Source of the DNA: an uncultured Thermoleophilia bacterium
GTDB lineage: Bacteria > Actinomycetota > Thermoleophilia > UBA2241
Length of the DNA stretch: 64,000 nucleotides
Reading direction: 5' to 3'
NCBI GenBank assembly: GCA_963702475.1
Contig: CAVPCT010000003.1
Span: forward strand, 640,001 to 704,000
The translations under genes and the position numbers were made by a program. Below are positions 28,841 through 38,126 of the stretch, piece by piece. The notes under the pieces were generated by a model. That model was not told the DNA's origin. It saw only the letters and a list, made by a program, of their open reading frames with translations, and did no database searches. Each line of letters opens with the position of its first letter. Position 1 is the first letter of the stretch.

Positions 28841-30387
28841 TCCGCCTCTTCAATTCACTCACCCAGCAGAAGGAGCAGTTCGAGCCCCGCGACCCCGGCA
28901 AGGCCGGCGTCTACTGCTGCGGCCCCACGGTCTACAACCTGGTGCACGTGGGCAACGCCCGCCCCTACGTGACCTTCGCCGTCCTGCGCTCCTGGCTGCG
29001 GCACCGGGGCCTTGACGTCACGCTGGTGACCAACATCACCGACGTGGACGACAAGATCATCATCAAGGCGAACGCCGAGGGACGCGACGCCGCCGCGGTA
29101 GCAGAGGAGTTCACGGCGGCGTACGTGGAGGACACCGGCCGCCTCGGCATCCCCCGGCCGGACGTCGAGCCCAAGGCCACCGAGACCATCCCCGAGATCA
29201 TCGACCTCGTCTGCCAGCTCGTCAGCGGGGGTCACGCCTACGAGGCCGACGGAAGCGTGTATTTCCGCGTGCGCGGCTTCGGCGAGTACGGCAAGCTCAG
29301 CGGCCAGCGCGTGGACGAGCTCGAGGAGGGCGTGCGCATCGACACCGAGCCTGGCAAGGAAGACCCGCTCGATTTCGCCGTGTGGAAGGCCGCCAAAGCG
29401 GGCGAACCGGCCTGGGAGAGCCCGTGGGGCATGGGCCGGCCGGGCTGGCATATCGAGTGCTCCGCCATGGGCCTGCGGTACCTGGGAGCCGGGTTCGACG
29501 TGCACGGCGGGGGGCGCGACCTCATCTTTCCGCACCACGAGAACGAGATCGCCCAGAGCGAGGCGGCGGGCCTGCCGTTCGCGCGGATCTGGATGCACAA
29601 CGGCATGATCCGCAGCGAGGGCGAGAAGATGGCCAAGAGCGTGGGCAACATCTTCCTGCTGCGCGAGGTGCTCGACCGCTACGAGCCGTCCACCGTGCTC
29701 ACGTACTTGCTCACCACGCACTACCGCAGCCCGCTCGAGTTCTCAGTCGAGAAGCTGGACGAGGCCAAGGCGGCGTACGGCCGCATCAGCGACGCGCTGG
29801 CCGACTTCGAGTTCCGCATCGAGAACGCCGCCCGCGCCACCCAGCAGGGCGAGTGGCCCGATCTCACCCTGCGCGCCGAGGCCGCGCGGCTGCGCTTCTC
29901 CGAGCACATGGACGACGACCTCAACACCGCCGGGGCCTTCGGCGAGCTGTTCGCGCTCATCGGCGAGGCGCGGCGCTATCTGGCCGCGGTGGACCGCGGC
30001 GAGGTGCCGCTGGACGCCGAGGCCCTTGTGACGGTGTGCGAGGTCGTCCGCGAGTCGCTCGGCGTGCTCCTGGTGCCGCTGCCGGCGCCTGCCGTGGCGG
30101 CGACCACGGCGGGCAACGTGTCCGGCGGCGATGCTGCGGCGTGCGCCACGGGCATGCTGGCGCTGGCACCGGCCGTGCGCCTGGCGGAGGAGGGGCGTTG
30201 GGCGGACGTCGAGCTGGTGTACGAGGACCGGCTCTCGTGCGGTGACGCCTCGTACGCCTGCGCCCTCAGGGACCACCTGCGGACTGAGAAGGACTGGGCC
30301 GGCGCCGACAGGATCCGGGACGCGCTGCAGGCCGCCGGCTTCGACGTGCGCGACACGCCGCAGGGCACCCAGGTGGTGCGCCGCTGA
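28837..30387 (+). CDS. cysS: Cysteine--tRNA ligase
   Basis: CGPTVY..HVGN, GRPGWHIECSAM, FPHHENE, KMAKS. Confidence 0.96.
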   Translation: MIRLFNSLTQQKEQFEPRDPGKAGVYCCGPTVYNLVHVGNARPYVTFAVLRSWLRHRGLDVTLVTNITDVDDKIIIKANAEGRDAAAVAEEFTAAYVEDTGRLGIPRPDVEPKATETIPEIIDLVCQLVSGGHAYEADGSVYFRVRGFGEYGKLSGQRVDELEEGVRIDTEPGKEDPLDFAVWKAAKAGEPAWESPWGMGRPGWHIECSAMGLRYLGAGFDVHGGGRDLIFPHHENEIAQSEAAGLPFARIWMHNGMIRSEGEKMAKSVGNIFLLREVLDRYEPSTVLTYLLTTHYRSPLEFSVEKLDEAKAAYGRISDALADFEFRIENAARATQQGEWPDLTLRAEAARLRFSEHMDDDLNTAGAFGELFALIGEARRYLAAVDRGEVPLDAEALVTVCEVVRESLGVLLVPLPAPAVAATTAGNVSGGDAAACATGMLALAPAVRLAEEGRWADVELVYEDRLSCGDASYACALRDHLRTEKDWAGADRIRDALQAAGFDVRDTPQGTQVVRR

Positions 30388-30399
30388 GCGCCGCAGCGC

Positions 30400-30840
30400 T
30401 CAGGAGAAGAGGGTGAGGAAGGCGAGCGACCCGACCATGCCTCCGGCAACTGCGCAGAACGCGGCGGCCCAGCCGAGCTTGGCGTGTCGCGCCGTCGGCA
30501 ACTCGGCGACCGCGTCTTCCCGGGCGGCTGCCGGGAGGGCGGGCCGCCGGTACGAGACCAGAGCGGCCAGCGACAGGATCACGGCGGCGATCTCGAGCGC
30601 CGCGGCGGCGCCGGCAGCGGCCGCTCCCGCGCCGCCGCGCATGACCGTCAGCGGCAGCAGCACCAGCAGGGGCGGCACGCACACGGCGAGCAGCAGCGCG
30701 TACCCTGTGCGTGGTCGCCGGGCGGTGAGCACGGCGACGCCGAGGACGGCGAGCGGCGAGGCGATGGTCCACCACACGAGCACGGTGATGCTCGTGGCCG
30801 CCAGCCAGGTGGGCCAGCCGGTTGTCTCCGCGAGCGACAT
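30400..30840 (-). CDS. Small multi-pass membrane protein
   Basis: About four hydrophobic segments filling the cysS-rlmB gap. Confidence 0.55.
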   Translation of the reverse strand: MSLAETTGWPTWLAATSITVLVWWTIASPLAVLGVAVLTARRPRTGYALLLAVCVPPLLVLLPLTVMRGGAGAAAAGAAAALEIAAVILSLAALVSYRRPALPAAAREDAVAELPTARHAKLGWAAAFCAVAGGMVGSLAFLTLFS

Positions 30841-30896
30841 GCGGGGAGCATACCCGAGCGGTCTCGCCGGCACGCGCCCGGGCGGAGGCTGACCCG

Positions 30897-31640
30897 GTGG
30901 AGTGGATCTACGGACGCAATGTCGTGGAGCTTGCGCTGAGCCGCGGCGCGCGGCGTCGCGCGCACCGCGCGGCAGCCACCGCGCCGGCGCTTGCGAAGCT
31001 CCGCGGCGTGCTGCCGCACTCGCTGGCGGTCGAGACCGTCGACGGCAGGGCTCTCGAAGCGCTCACCGGCAGCAGGGAACATCAAGGCGTCGCCCTGCAG
31101 GTCGACGCGTACCCCTACGTGCCCGCGGACGACCTGTTGGGCGCCGAGGTGCTCGTCGTCCTCGACGAGGTGAGCGACCCGCGGAACCTGGGGGCCGTCG
31201 CGCGCAGCGCGCTGGCGGCAGGCGCCGGCGGTCTGGTGGCGCCGCGTCATCGCGCGGCCGCCGTCACGCCGGCCGCCGTGAAAGCCTCGGCCGGCGCCCT
31301 CGAGCACCTGCGCGTGGCGCAGGTCACCAACGTCGTCGCCTTCCTCAAGGACGCGAAGAAGGCCGGCAGCTGGATCTACGGGGCCGCCGGAGAGGCCGGC
31401 CTCTCGTATCTCGAGCTCGACCTCACCGGCCCCGTCGTCCTGGTGTTCGGCGCCGAAGGCCGCGGCCTGCGCCCGCTTGTCGCCCGCACCTGCGACCGCC
31501 TGGCCGCCATCCCTGTGGAGGCTCCCGTGGAGAGCCTCAACGTCAGCGTGGCGGCCGCCCTGTTCCTGTACGAGGCCCGCAGGCAGCGGGTGGCGGACCG
31601 GCCGCAGGGGCCCGGCGCGCCGGGGAGCCGCGGCCGATGA
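30897..31640 (+). CDS. rlmB: 23S rRNA G2251 2'-O-methyltransferase
   Basis: HQGV, DPRNLGA, KASAGA, GAEGRG, SLNVSVA. Confidence 0.92.
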   Translation: MEWIYGRNVVELALSRGARRRAHRAAATAPALAKLRGVLPHSLAVETVDGRALEALTGSREHQGVALQVDAYPYVPADDLLGAEVLVVLDEVSDPRNLGAVARSALAAGAGGLVAPRHRAAAVTPAAVKASAGALEHLRVAQVTNVVAFLKDAKKAGSWIYGAAGEAGLSYLELDLTGPVVLVFGAEGRGLRPLVARTCDRLAAIPVEAPVESLNVSVAAALFLYEARRQRVADRPQGPGAPGSRGR

Positions 31641-32143
31641 CGGCGACGCTGTACATCGTCGACGGCTACAACGTGCTGCACCACATCTTCCACGGCGCGC
31701 CCAAAGAGGAGATCTTCGCGCGCCGCGACTGGCTTGCCGACAGGCTCGCGGGGTTCGCCGCCCTGCGCGGCGCGCGGGCCGTGCTGGTCTTCGACGGGCA
31801 CGGCGCCGAGAGCACCAGCAACGAGCCGTTCAGAGGCGGGCCGCTCGAGGTCGTGTTCGCCGGCGGCAGATTCACGGCCGACACGCTCATCGCCCGCCGC
31901 ATCGCAGGACGGCAGGCAGACCAGCGGGTGGTCGTGGTCTCGGCCGACCAGGAAGTGCAGCGCACGGCCGCGCGAGCCGGTGTGAGCCGCATGACTCCAC
32001 GCGAGTTCCAGGCGGAGCTTCGACTCTCGCGAGAACCCCTTGCTTCTTCTCCTGAAGTAAGTAGAATGCCCTCACGGCTTGAGGATAAAGTAGACCCTGA
32101 GACTTTGCGAAGGCTCGAGGAGCTGCGGAACAAGCCCACGTAG
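31637..32143 (+). CDS. YacP/Rae1-like NYN domain nuclease
   Basis: IVDGYN, VFDG, TADTLI, VSAD; conserved position between rlmB and sigH. Confidence 0.88.
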   Translation: MTATLYIVDGYNVLHHIFHGAPKEEIFARRDWLADRLAGFAALRGARAVLVFDGHGAESTSNEPFRGGPLEVVFAGGRFTADTLIARRIAGRQADQRVVVVSADQEVQRTAARAGVSRMTPREFQAELRLSREPLASSPEVSRMPSRLEDKVDPETLRRLEELRNKPT

Positions 32144-32225
32144 CCCGGGGAGGTCGGATCTCCTCGGGTTTTACAGGAGAAACGCACCCGTAGAGGGCAC
32201 ACGCCGACGCCGGGGGGGCAACAAC

Positions 32226-32903
32226 ATGGCGCGTCAGGCAGATCACAGTCGTTCCGTAGGGGCATCACACAACCTTCAACCCTTCAGTGAGAGTGCCGAC
32301 TTCGCCCTCGTTCAGGCATACCGGCGGGGCAACCGCGCCGCCCTCGAGGCCCTCATGCTCCGCTATCACCAGTTCGTGCGCCTGAAGGCGAGCTCGTACT
32401 TCCTCGCCGGAGGCGATGCCGAGGACCTCATCCAGGAGGGCATGGTCGGGCTCTACAAGGCGGTCCGCGACTACCGCGACGACCGTCAGGCTTCATTCCG
32501 TAGCTTCGCGGAGCTCTGCATCACGCGGCAGATCATCACCGCCATCAAGACGGCCACGCGGCAGAAGCACGTCCCGCTCAACGGCTACCTGTCGTTCAGC
32601 CAGTCGCCGGGAGACGCCTCAGACGACGGCGACTGCTCGCTCGGCGACGTACTCCCGGGTCCGAGCACTCACGACCCCGTCAACCAGGTCATCAGCTCGG
32701 AGGAGGTCGGCAGCCTCACCGACTGCCTCACGCGGATGCTGTCAGACCTGGAGGGGCGTGTGCTGCGCCTGTATCTGCAGGGGCTCAGCTACGAGCGAAT
32801 CGCCAACGAACTGGGCTGCGACTGCAAGACGGTCGACAATGCCCTGCAGCGCATCAAGCGCAAGGTCGACCTGCACCTGGAGAGCCGGAGGGTGCTGGGC
32901 TGA
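32226..32903 (+). CDS. sigH: RNA polymerase sigma factor SigH (Bacillus-type)
   Basis: YFLAGGDAEDLIQEG, FAELCITRQIITAIKTATRQKH, VDNALQR. Confidence 0.93.
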   Translation: MARQADHSRSVGASHNLQPFSESADFALVQAYRRGNRAALEALMLRYHQFVRLKASSYFLAGGDAEDLIQEGMVGLYKAVRDYRDDRQASFRSFAELCITRQIITAIKTATRQKHVPLNGYLSFSQSPGDASDDGDCSLGDVLPGPSTHDPVNQVISSEEVGSLTDCLTRMLSDLEGRVLRLYLQGLSYERIANELGCDCKTVDNALQRIKRKVDLHLESRRVLG

Positions 32904-32937
32904 GCGCCCGCTGTCGGGTCGAACAAGCCTCCTGAAA

Positions 32938-32987
32938 GGGCCGGCGGCCGGCGCGCCCGCTTTCGCGGGGGTCCCGGCCGCCGGCCC
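32938..32987. terminator. Hairpin between convergent sigH and pilT
   Basis: GGGCCGGCGGCCGG ... CCGGCCGCCGGCCC inverted repeat. Confidence 0.55.
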
Positions 32988-33002
32988 GCGTCTGCGGCGG
33001 CG

Positions 33003-34094
33003 TCAGAAGGTCATCAGGCTGACGTCGTGCCCCTGTGCTTGCACAAGCAGCTTGAAGTCGTGCGCGTTGCTCGCGACCTCGGCCGCGTCGTGCAGCGTGA
33101 TCAGGCCGTCCTCGTACAGCTTGAGCAGCGCCTGGTCGAACGTCTGCATGCCGTAGAAGTCGCCTTCCTTGATGGCGTCGCCGATCAGCATGGCCTGGTC
33201 CTGGTCGAGGATGAAGTCGCGGATGCGGTTCGTGGTGACCATGACCTCTACTGCCGGTACGCGGCCCTGGCCGTCGGCACGCGTGAGCAGACGCTGCGAG
33301 ATGATGCCCTTGAGGGTGCCTGCCAGCATGATGCGTACCTGCTTCTGCTGATGCAGGGGGAAGAAGTCGATGATGCGGTTGATGGTCTCGGTGGCGTCGA
33401 TGGTGTGGAGGGTGCTCATCACGAAATGGCCGGTCTGGGCCGCCGTGAGCGCCGCCTGCACCGTCTCGGTGTCGCGCATCTCGCCGATGAGGATGTCGTC
33501 CGGGTCCTGGCGCAGCACGTACTTGAGGGCCGTGACGTAGGTGTCGGTGTCCAGGCCGATCTCCCGCTGGTTGATGATCGACTTCTTGTCCTTGTGGAGC
33601 ACCTCGATGGGGTCCTCGATGGTCACGACGTGGCGGCGCAGCGTGTTGTTGATGTGGTCGATCATGGCCGCCAGGGTGGTCGTCTTGCCTGAGCCCGTGG
33701 TCCCTGTGACGAGGACGAGACCGCGAGACTCCAGGGCGAGGCGCTTGAGGATCTCCGGCAGGTGCAACTCCTCGAAACCGGGGATCTTGGTGGTCACCTG
33801 TCGCATCGCGATGCTGATGCTGCCCCGCTGGCGAAACACGTTGACGCGGAAGCGGCCCAGGTTGGGGGCGGAGTACGCGAAGTCGATCTCGTTGTGTTCA
33901 CTGAAGCGACGGATCTGCTTGTCGGTCATGATGGACGCCGCGATGTCCTTGGTGTCCTCGGGCGTGAGCGGCGGGTCGTCCATGAGCGCGAGCTCGCCGT
34001 CGATGCGCATGACGGGAGGGCTGCCCGCCTTGATGTGCAGGTCCGACGCGTTGTGCGCCATCATCTCGCTCAGCAGCTCGTCGATGGATCTCAC
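33003..34094 (-). CDS. pilT: Type IV pilus retraction ATPase PilT/PilU
   Basis: ASDLH, GTTGSGKTT, TIEDPIE, LRQDPD, GEMRD, GMQTFDQ. Confidence 0.92.
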   Translation of the reverse strand: MRSIDELLSEMMAHNASDLHIKAGSPPVMRIDGELALMDDPPLTPEDTKDIAASIMTDKQIRRFSEHNEIDFAYSAPNLGRFRVNVFRQRGSISIAMRQVTTKIPGFEELHLPEILKRLALESRGLVLVTGTTGSGKTTTLAAMIDHINNTLRRHVVTIEDPIEVLHKDKKSIINQREIGLDTDTYVTALKYVLRQDPDDILIGEMRDTETVQAALTAAQTGHFVMSTLHTIDATETINRIIDFFPLHQQKQVRIMLAGTLKGIISQRLLTRADGQGRVPAVEVMVTTNRIRDFILDQDQAMLIGDAIKEGDFYGMQTFDQALLKLYEDGLITLHDAAEVASNAHDFKLLVQAQGHDVSLMTF

Positions 34095-34219
34095 GTGATC
34101 ACCCCGGGGCTCGGTTCCACAGCTCACCTCCCTGTTTCGGCAGGTACCGGGAAAACCATACCCCGCGCGATGCAGGAATTCCGTTGGACGCGGCGCCGCT
34201 GGCGCCGCGCCGCCACGGT

Positions 34220-35254
34220 CTAGAAGCGCCCGCCGATCCAGGCGTCCCGGCCGGTCCAGGTGCCGTAGCGCACCACGTCGCCTGTGTGGGGAGCCTCGAT
34301 GCAGGTGGAGCCGCCGACGAAGATGGCCACGTGGTGGCTGAAGCTGGCGTTGCCGAAGAAGATGAGATCGCCGGGGCGCAGGTCGCTCAGGGGCACGGGG
34401 ACACTGGCGCGCTGCTGGTCGGTGGCGCCGTGCCACATCTTGATGCCGATCTGCGCGTAGCAGTACATGGTGAGGCCGGAGCAGTCGAAGCCGCTGGTGC
34501 CGGCGCCACCCCACACGTAGGGCACGCCGAAGTACCGCTGGGCGATCGCGACGATCTCGGGGTGGCCGGGGCTGTTTGGGTCGACGTCCGGGATGGGTCC
34601 GTCGTAGCCCATGAGCGCTAGTTTGGCGCGCAGCGCCTCCTTGGCCTGAAGCTTCTTGATCTCCTTCTTGAGGCCGCGGGTCATGCTCTCCAGGTCGGCC
34701 TGCAGGCTGACGAGCCGTGCCTTCCCGGCGGAGCGGCGCTCGACCAGCGCATCGGCCTGCCGGCGATCGGCCTTCAGCTTGATGCGCCGGTCCTTGATGT
34801 TGCGCTTGTACTTCTCGATGGAGTGGACGGTGTCGACGTCGCTGTTGCCGAGGCGGGTCATCAGGTCCATCTGGGTGACGAGGTCGTCGAAGCTCGTCGC
34901 GCGGAGGATCCAGTCCAGGACACCGGCGTCACGCGACTTGTAGATGTTCACGGCGCGCTGCTCGAGCTGGCGGTTCGCGCGCCGGTAGTTGCGCCGGGCG
35001 ACCTCGAGCAGGTGCGTGTTCTGCCGGATCTTCTCCTGCACGGTGGCCAGCTGTGAGGAGGCCTGGTTGAGGCGCTCGTTGGCAGCCTCGGTCTGCATGT
35101 ACACGGTCTCCAGTCGCGCCTGGACGGCCTGGAGGCGGGCCTTCTTTCGGGAGACGGGCGAAGCCGAGGCCGTCGTCGTGAAGAGTAGTGCGACGACGAA
35201 GGCGACGGTCAGGAGCGCGACGATGAGGCGCCGGCGCGGTGGGGTGCGAGTCAC
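34220..35254 (-). CDS. Secreted coiled-coil NlpC/P60 peptidoglycan hydrolase
   Basis: Signal peptide, coiled coil, GVPYVWGG..FDCSG, HVAIF; ends in TAG. Confidence 0.92.
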   Translation of the reverse strand: MTRTPPRRRLIVALLTVAFVVALLFTTTASASPVSRKKARLQAVQARLETVYMQTEAANERLNQASSQLATVQEKIRQNTHLLEVARRNYRRANRQLEQRAVNIYKSRDAGVLDWILRATSFDDLVTQMDLMTRLGNSDVDTVHSIEKYKRNIKDRRIKLKADRRQADALVERRSAGKARLVSLQADLESMTRGLKKEIKKLQAKEALRAKLALMGYDGPIPDVDPNSPGHPEIVAIAQRYFGVPYVWGGAGTSGFDCSGLTMYCYAQIGIKMWHGATDQQRASVPVPLSDLRPGDLIFFGNASFSHHVAIFVGGSTCIEAPHTGDVVRYGTWTGRDAWIGGRF

Positions 35255-35380
35255 TCTGTCGGGTCCTTTCGCGCGCGGCCCTTCAGGGGTCGCGCGGCGC
35301 ACGGTCGGGTACAAGGGTAGGGACGATATTCGATACCCGCCGCTGTTCCCCTACGGGAGCGGCGGGGGTCGAAGAGGATT

Positions 35381-36451
35381 CTAGAACCGGCCCCCGATCC
35401 AGGCGCCGCTGACGGAGCCGTAGCTCACCACGGCGCCGGTGTGCGGGGCGTGGATCATGCTGCCGCCGCCGGCGTAGATGCCCACGTGGTAGCTGTAGCT
35501 GGCGCTGCCGAAGAAGACGAGGTCGCCGGGCTGCAGCGCGCTGATGGGGACGGGCGTGCTGGCGCGCTGCTGGTCGGTGGCACCGTGCGAGAGGCCGATG
35601 CCGAGCTGCGCGTACACGTACATGGTGAGCCCGGAACAGTCGAAGCCGCTCGGGCTTGCGCCGGCCCAGACGTAGGGCACCCCGAGGTACCGCTGGGCGA
35701 TGGCGACGGCCGCGGAGCGGCCCGAGCCACCGGGATCGGGCACCGAGCCACCGGCGCCGGTACCGCCGGTGGACGAGGAGCCGCCGGACGATGCCTGCGC
35801 CTGCGCCGCGGCCTGCGCGGCTGCCCTTGCGGCCGCCGCGGCCTGTTCCTGCAGCCGCTGGATGTCGTTCTTGAGGCCGGCGGTCATCTGCTCGAGCTGT
35901 CCCTGGAGCGAGAGGACCTCGTTCTTCTGCGCGGCGCGCTCTTTCACCAGCTTGGTGGCGGCTTTCTTGTCGGCTTCGAGCTTGACCTTGCGGTCCTTGA
36001 TGTCGCGCTTGTACGCGGCGATGGACTTGACGGTGTCGACGTCGCTGTTGCCCAGGCGCTCCATGAGGTCGAGCTGGGTGACCAGCTCGTCGAAGCTGGT
36101 GGAGGCGAAGAGGACGTCGACGATGCCCACGTCGCGCGTCTTGTAGATGCTCTCCGCGCGTGACTGCAGCTGCCTGTTGGCGATGTCCAGGTTGTACTGG
36201 GCGACCTTGAGCAGGTGCTGGTTCTGCTTGATCTGGTTCTGCACGGTGTGCAGCTGGCCGGAGGCCTGGTTGTAGCGCTCTACCGCGACGTCGGCCTTGT
36301 GATACACGTGCTGCAGCTTGGCCTGCAGGGCACGGAGCTTGGCCTTCTTCTCGGTGATGGGGGAGGCGGAAGCGAGGGGTGCGAGAGCGGCGGTGAGGAG
36401 GAACGCGGTGATGATGACGAGGATCAGTGCCTGTCGTCTTCTACCGTTCAC
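35381..36451 (-). CDS. Secreted coiled-coil NlpC/P60 hydrolase (tandem paralog)
   Basis: Signal peptide, GVPYVWAG..FDCSG, HVGIY; SD AGGAGG; ends in TAG. Confidence 0.93.
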   Translation of the reverse strand: MNGRRRQALILVIITAFLLTAALAPLASASPITEKKAKLRALQAKLQHVYHKADVAVERYNQASGQLHTVQNQIKQNQHLLKVAQYNLDIANRQLQSRAESIYKTRDVGIVDVLFASTSFDELVTQLDLMERLGNSDVDTVKSIAAYKRDIKDRKVKLEADKKAATKLVKERAAQKNEVLSLQGQLEQMTAGLKNDIQRLQEQAAAAARAAAQAAAQAQASSGGSSSTGGTGAGGSVPDPGGSGRSAAVAIAQRYLGVPYVWAGASPSGFDCSGLTMYVYAQLGIGLSHGATDQQRASTPVPISALQPGDLVFFGSASYSYHVGIYAGGGSMIHAPHTGAVVSYGSVSGAWIGGRF

Positions 36452-36524
36452 TCACCGCCTCCTTCAGCCGTGTCGCGGGGGCTGACACGCGTGCTTGAGG
36501 TGAAGCCACCAGACTCAACGCGAG

Positions 36525-36553
36525 ACCCTACCACCCCACCCGCCGACTGACAA
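36525..36553 (-). promoter_or_regulatory. Sigma70-type promoter for the NlpC/P60 gene
   Basis: TTGTCA-N17-TAGGGT on the minus strand. Confidence 0.6.
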
Positions 36554-36585
36554 CCAGCCAGCTTCACTTTTTCGCGTTCGGGAGG

Positions 36586-38007
36586 CTATCTGCCTGCATC
36601 GCCGCCGGCGCTGTGCGCCTGACCCTGCGGCGTGGGTCGCGGCCACATGCGCTTGAGGGCCGCGATGAACGCCTTGTTGCGCTCGTCCCTGCGCCAGTTG
36701 CGGATGATGACCATGCCCCACCCATGGAAGAGCAGCTGCTTGGTGAAGCGGAAGGTGAAGATGTACTTCAGCCAGGTGCGCAGGGAGTAGAACTTCATGT
36801 AGCCGCGCAGAGTCTCGATCTGCAGCTCGTACGGCGTCATGCGGCGCGGCTCGAAGACCACGTGGTGCGCGTCGTAAAGCTCCCAGCGTTTGTCGAAGAT
36901 GCGGCCCTCGGCGTCCATGTCCGCGAATTGCCGCGTGCCGGGCAGCGGCGTGAGGATGTTGAGCATCACGGTGTCGATCTTGTTGTCGATGGCGAACGAG
37001 ACCGTGTCGCGCACGGTCTGGACGTCATCGTTGTCGGCGCCGAGCACGAACATGCCGTGGCTCTTGATGCCGTACTCGTGCAGCACCTTGATGGCCTTGC
37101 GGATGTCGTCCACCGTCTGCGACTTCTCGAACTCGTCGAGCGTCTTCTGGTTCACCGACTCGAGCCCCAGGTAGACCAGGTGGCAGCCCGAGCGGCGCAT
37201 GAGGTCGAGGAGCTCGGGGTCGCGCACGACGTCGGTGCGCACCTGCGCCGACCACGGGACCGCGACACCCTCGTCTATCATCATCCGCAGCAGCGTCTTG
37301 AGCCGCTTTCTGTTGGCGGCGAAGTTGTCGTCGTAGAAGAAGATGATCTGCGGCCGCTTGTCCTTGAGCTCCGCGACGACGCTCTCGGCGCTGCGGAAGC
37401 GGTACTTCTTGCCGAACATCGCGGTCACGGAGCAGAACGTGCAGTCGAAGGGGCAGCCCCAGCTCGTCATGATGGGCATGGTCTTGAGCCGCTCGTTGCC
37501 GACGAGCAGGCGCAGGTCCGGGAACGGAAGCTCGTCGAGGTCGTCCAGCGGCGGCCGCAGCGGGTTGTGCACCGCCTTGCCGTTTCGCGTGAACGAGAGG
37601 CCGGCGACGGAATCGAGCCCGCGCTCGCCGTCCAGGGCCTCGATGAGCTCGAGCATGAGCTGCTCGCCGCCCTCGCCGCGCGCGACGTAGTCCACGTGCC
37701 CGAGTGCCTCGTCGGCCATGAAGGTGACGTGCGATCCGCCGATGACGACAGGGATGCCGCGGGCGCGGAGCCCATCGGCGAACTCGTAGGCCGTCGAGGC
37801 AGTCGACGTGGTGCTGGAGAGACCCACGAGGTCCGAGGAGTTCACGTCGTCCCAGTCGATCGGAGCCATGGTCGGGTTGTACACGAGCACGTCGTGACCG
37901 CGGCTCTTGAGGGCGGCGGCGATGATCGGCAGGCCCAGGCGCGGCAGCAGTACCTTGGCCCAGACGTGCATGCCCGGGGGCTCGGGTTCGATGAGACGGA
38001 TCTTCAT
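36586..38007 (-). CDS. B12-binding domain radical SAM protein
   Basis: PRLGL, IGGSH, GEGGE, GCPFDCTFC, YDDNF, LGLES, TPLPGT. Confidence 0.92.
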   Translation of the reverse strand: MKIRLIEPEPPGMHVWAKVLLPRLGLPIIAAALKSRGHDVLVYNPTMAPIDWDDVNSSDLVGLSSTTSTASTAYEFADGLRARGIPVVIGGSHVTFMADEALGHVDYVARGEGGEQLMLELIEALDGERGLDSVAGLSFTRNGKAVHNPLRPPLDDLDELPFPDLRLLVGNERLKTMPIMTSWGCPFDCTFCSVTAMFGKKYRFRSAESVVAELKDKRPQIIFFYDDNFAANRKRLKTLLRMMIDEGVAVPWSAQVRTDVVRDPELLDLMRRSGCHLVYLGLESVNQKTLDEFEKSQTVDDIRKAIKVLHEYGIKSHGMFVLGADNDDVQTVRDTVSFAIDNKIDTVMLNILTPLPGTRQFADMDAEGRIFDKRWELYDAHHVVFEPRRMTPYELQIETLRGYMKFYSLRTWLKYIFTFRFTKQLLFHGWGMVIIRNWRRDERNKAFIAALKRMWPRPTPQGQAHSAGGDAGR

Positions 38008-38126
38008 GCTCCTCCTTGGGGCCGCGGCCGTCGGCGCCCGCACGGGGGCAGCTTCAGGCGTGCCGGAGAGTCCGGCCACCTCAGATGGTAGACGCTCCCG
38101 AGCGGGAAGTGAAGCCGCGCGGTGGG

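Noticed and set aside
32141-32290. Amber readthrough extensions of yacP, EamA and the radical SAM genes
   Set aside because: Extensions look non-conserved, do not fuse to downstream genes, and the proteins are complete at the TAG
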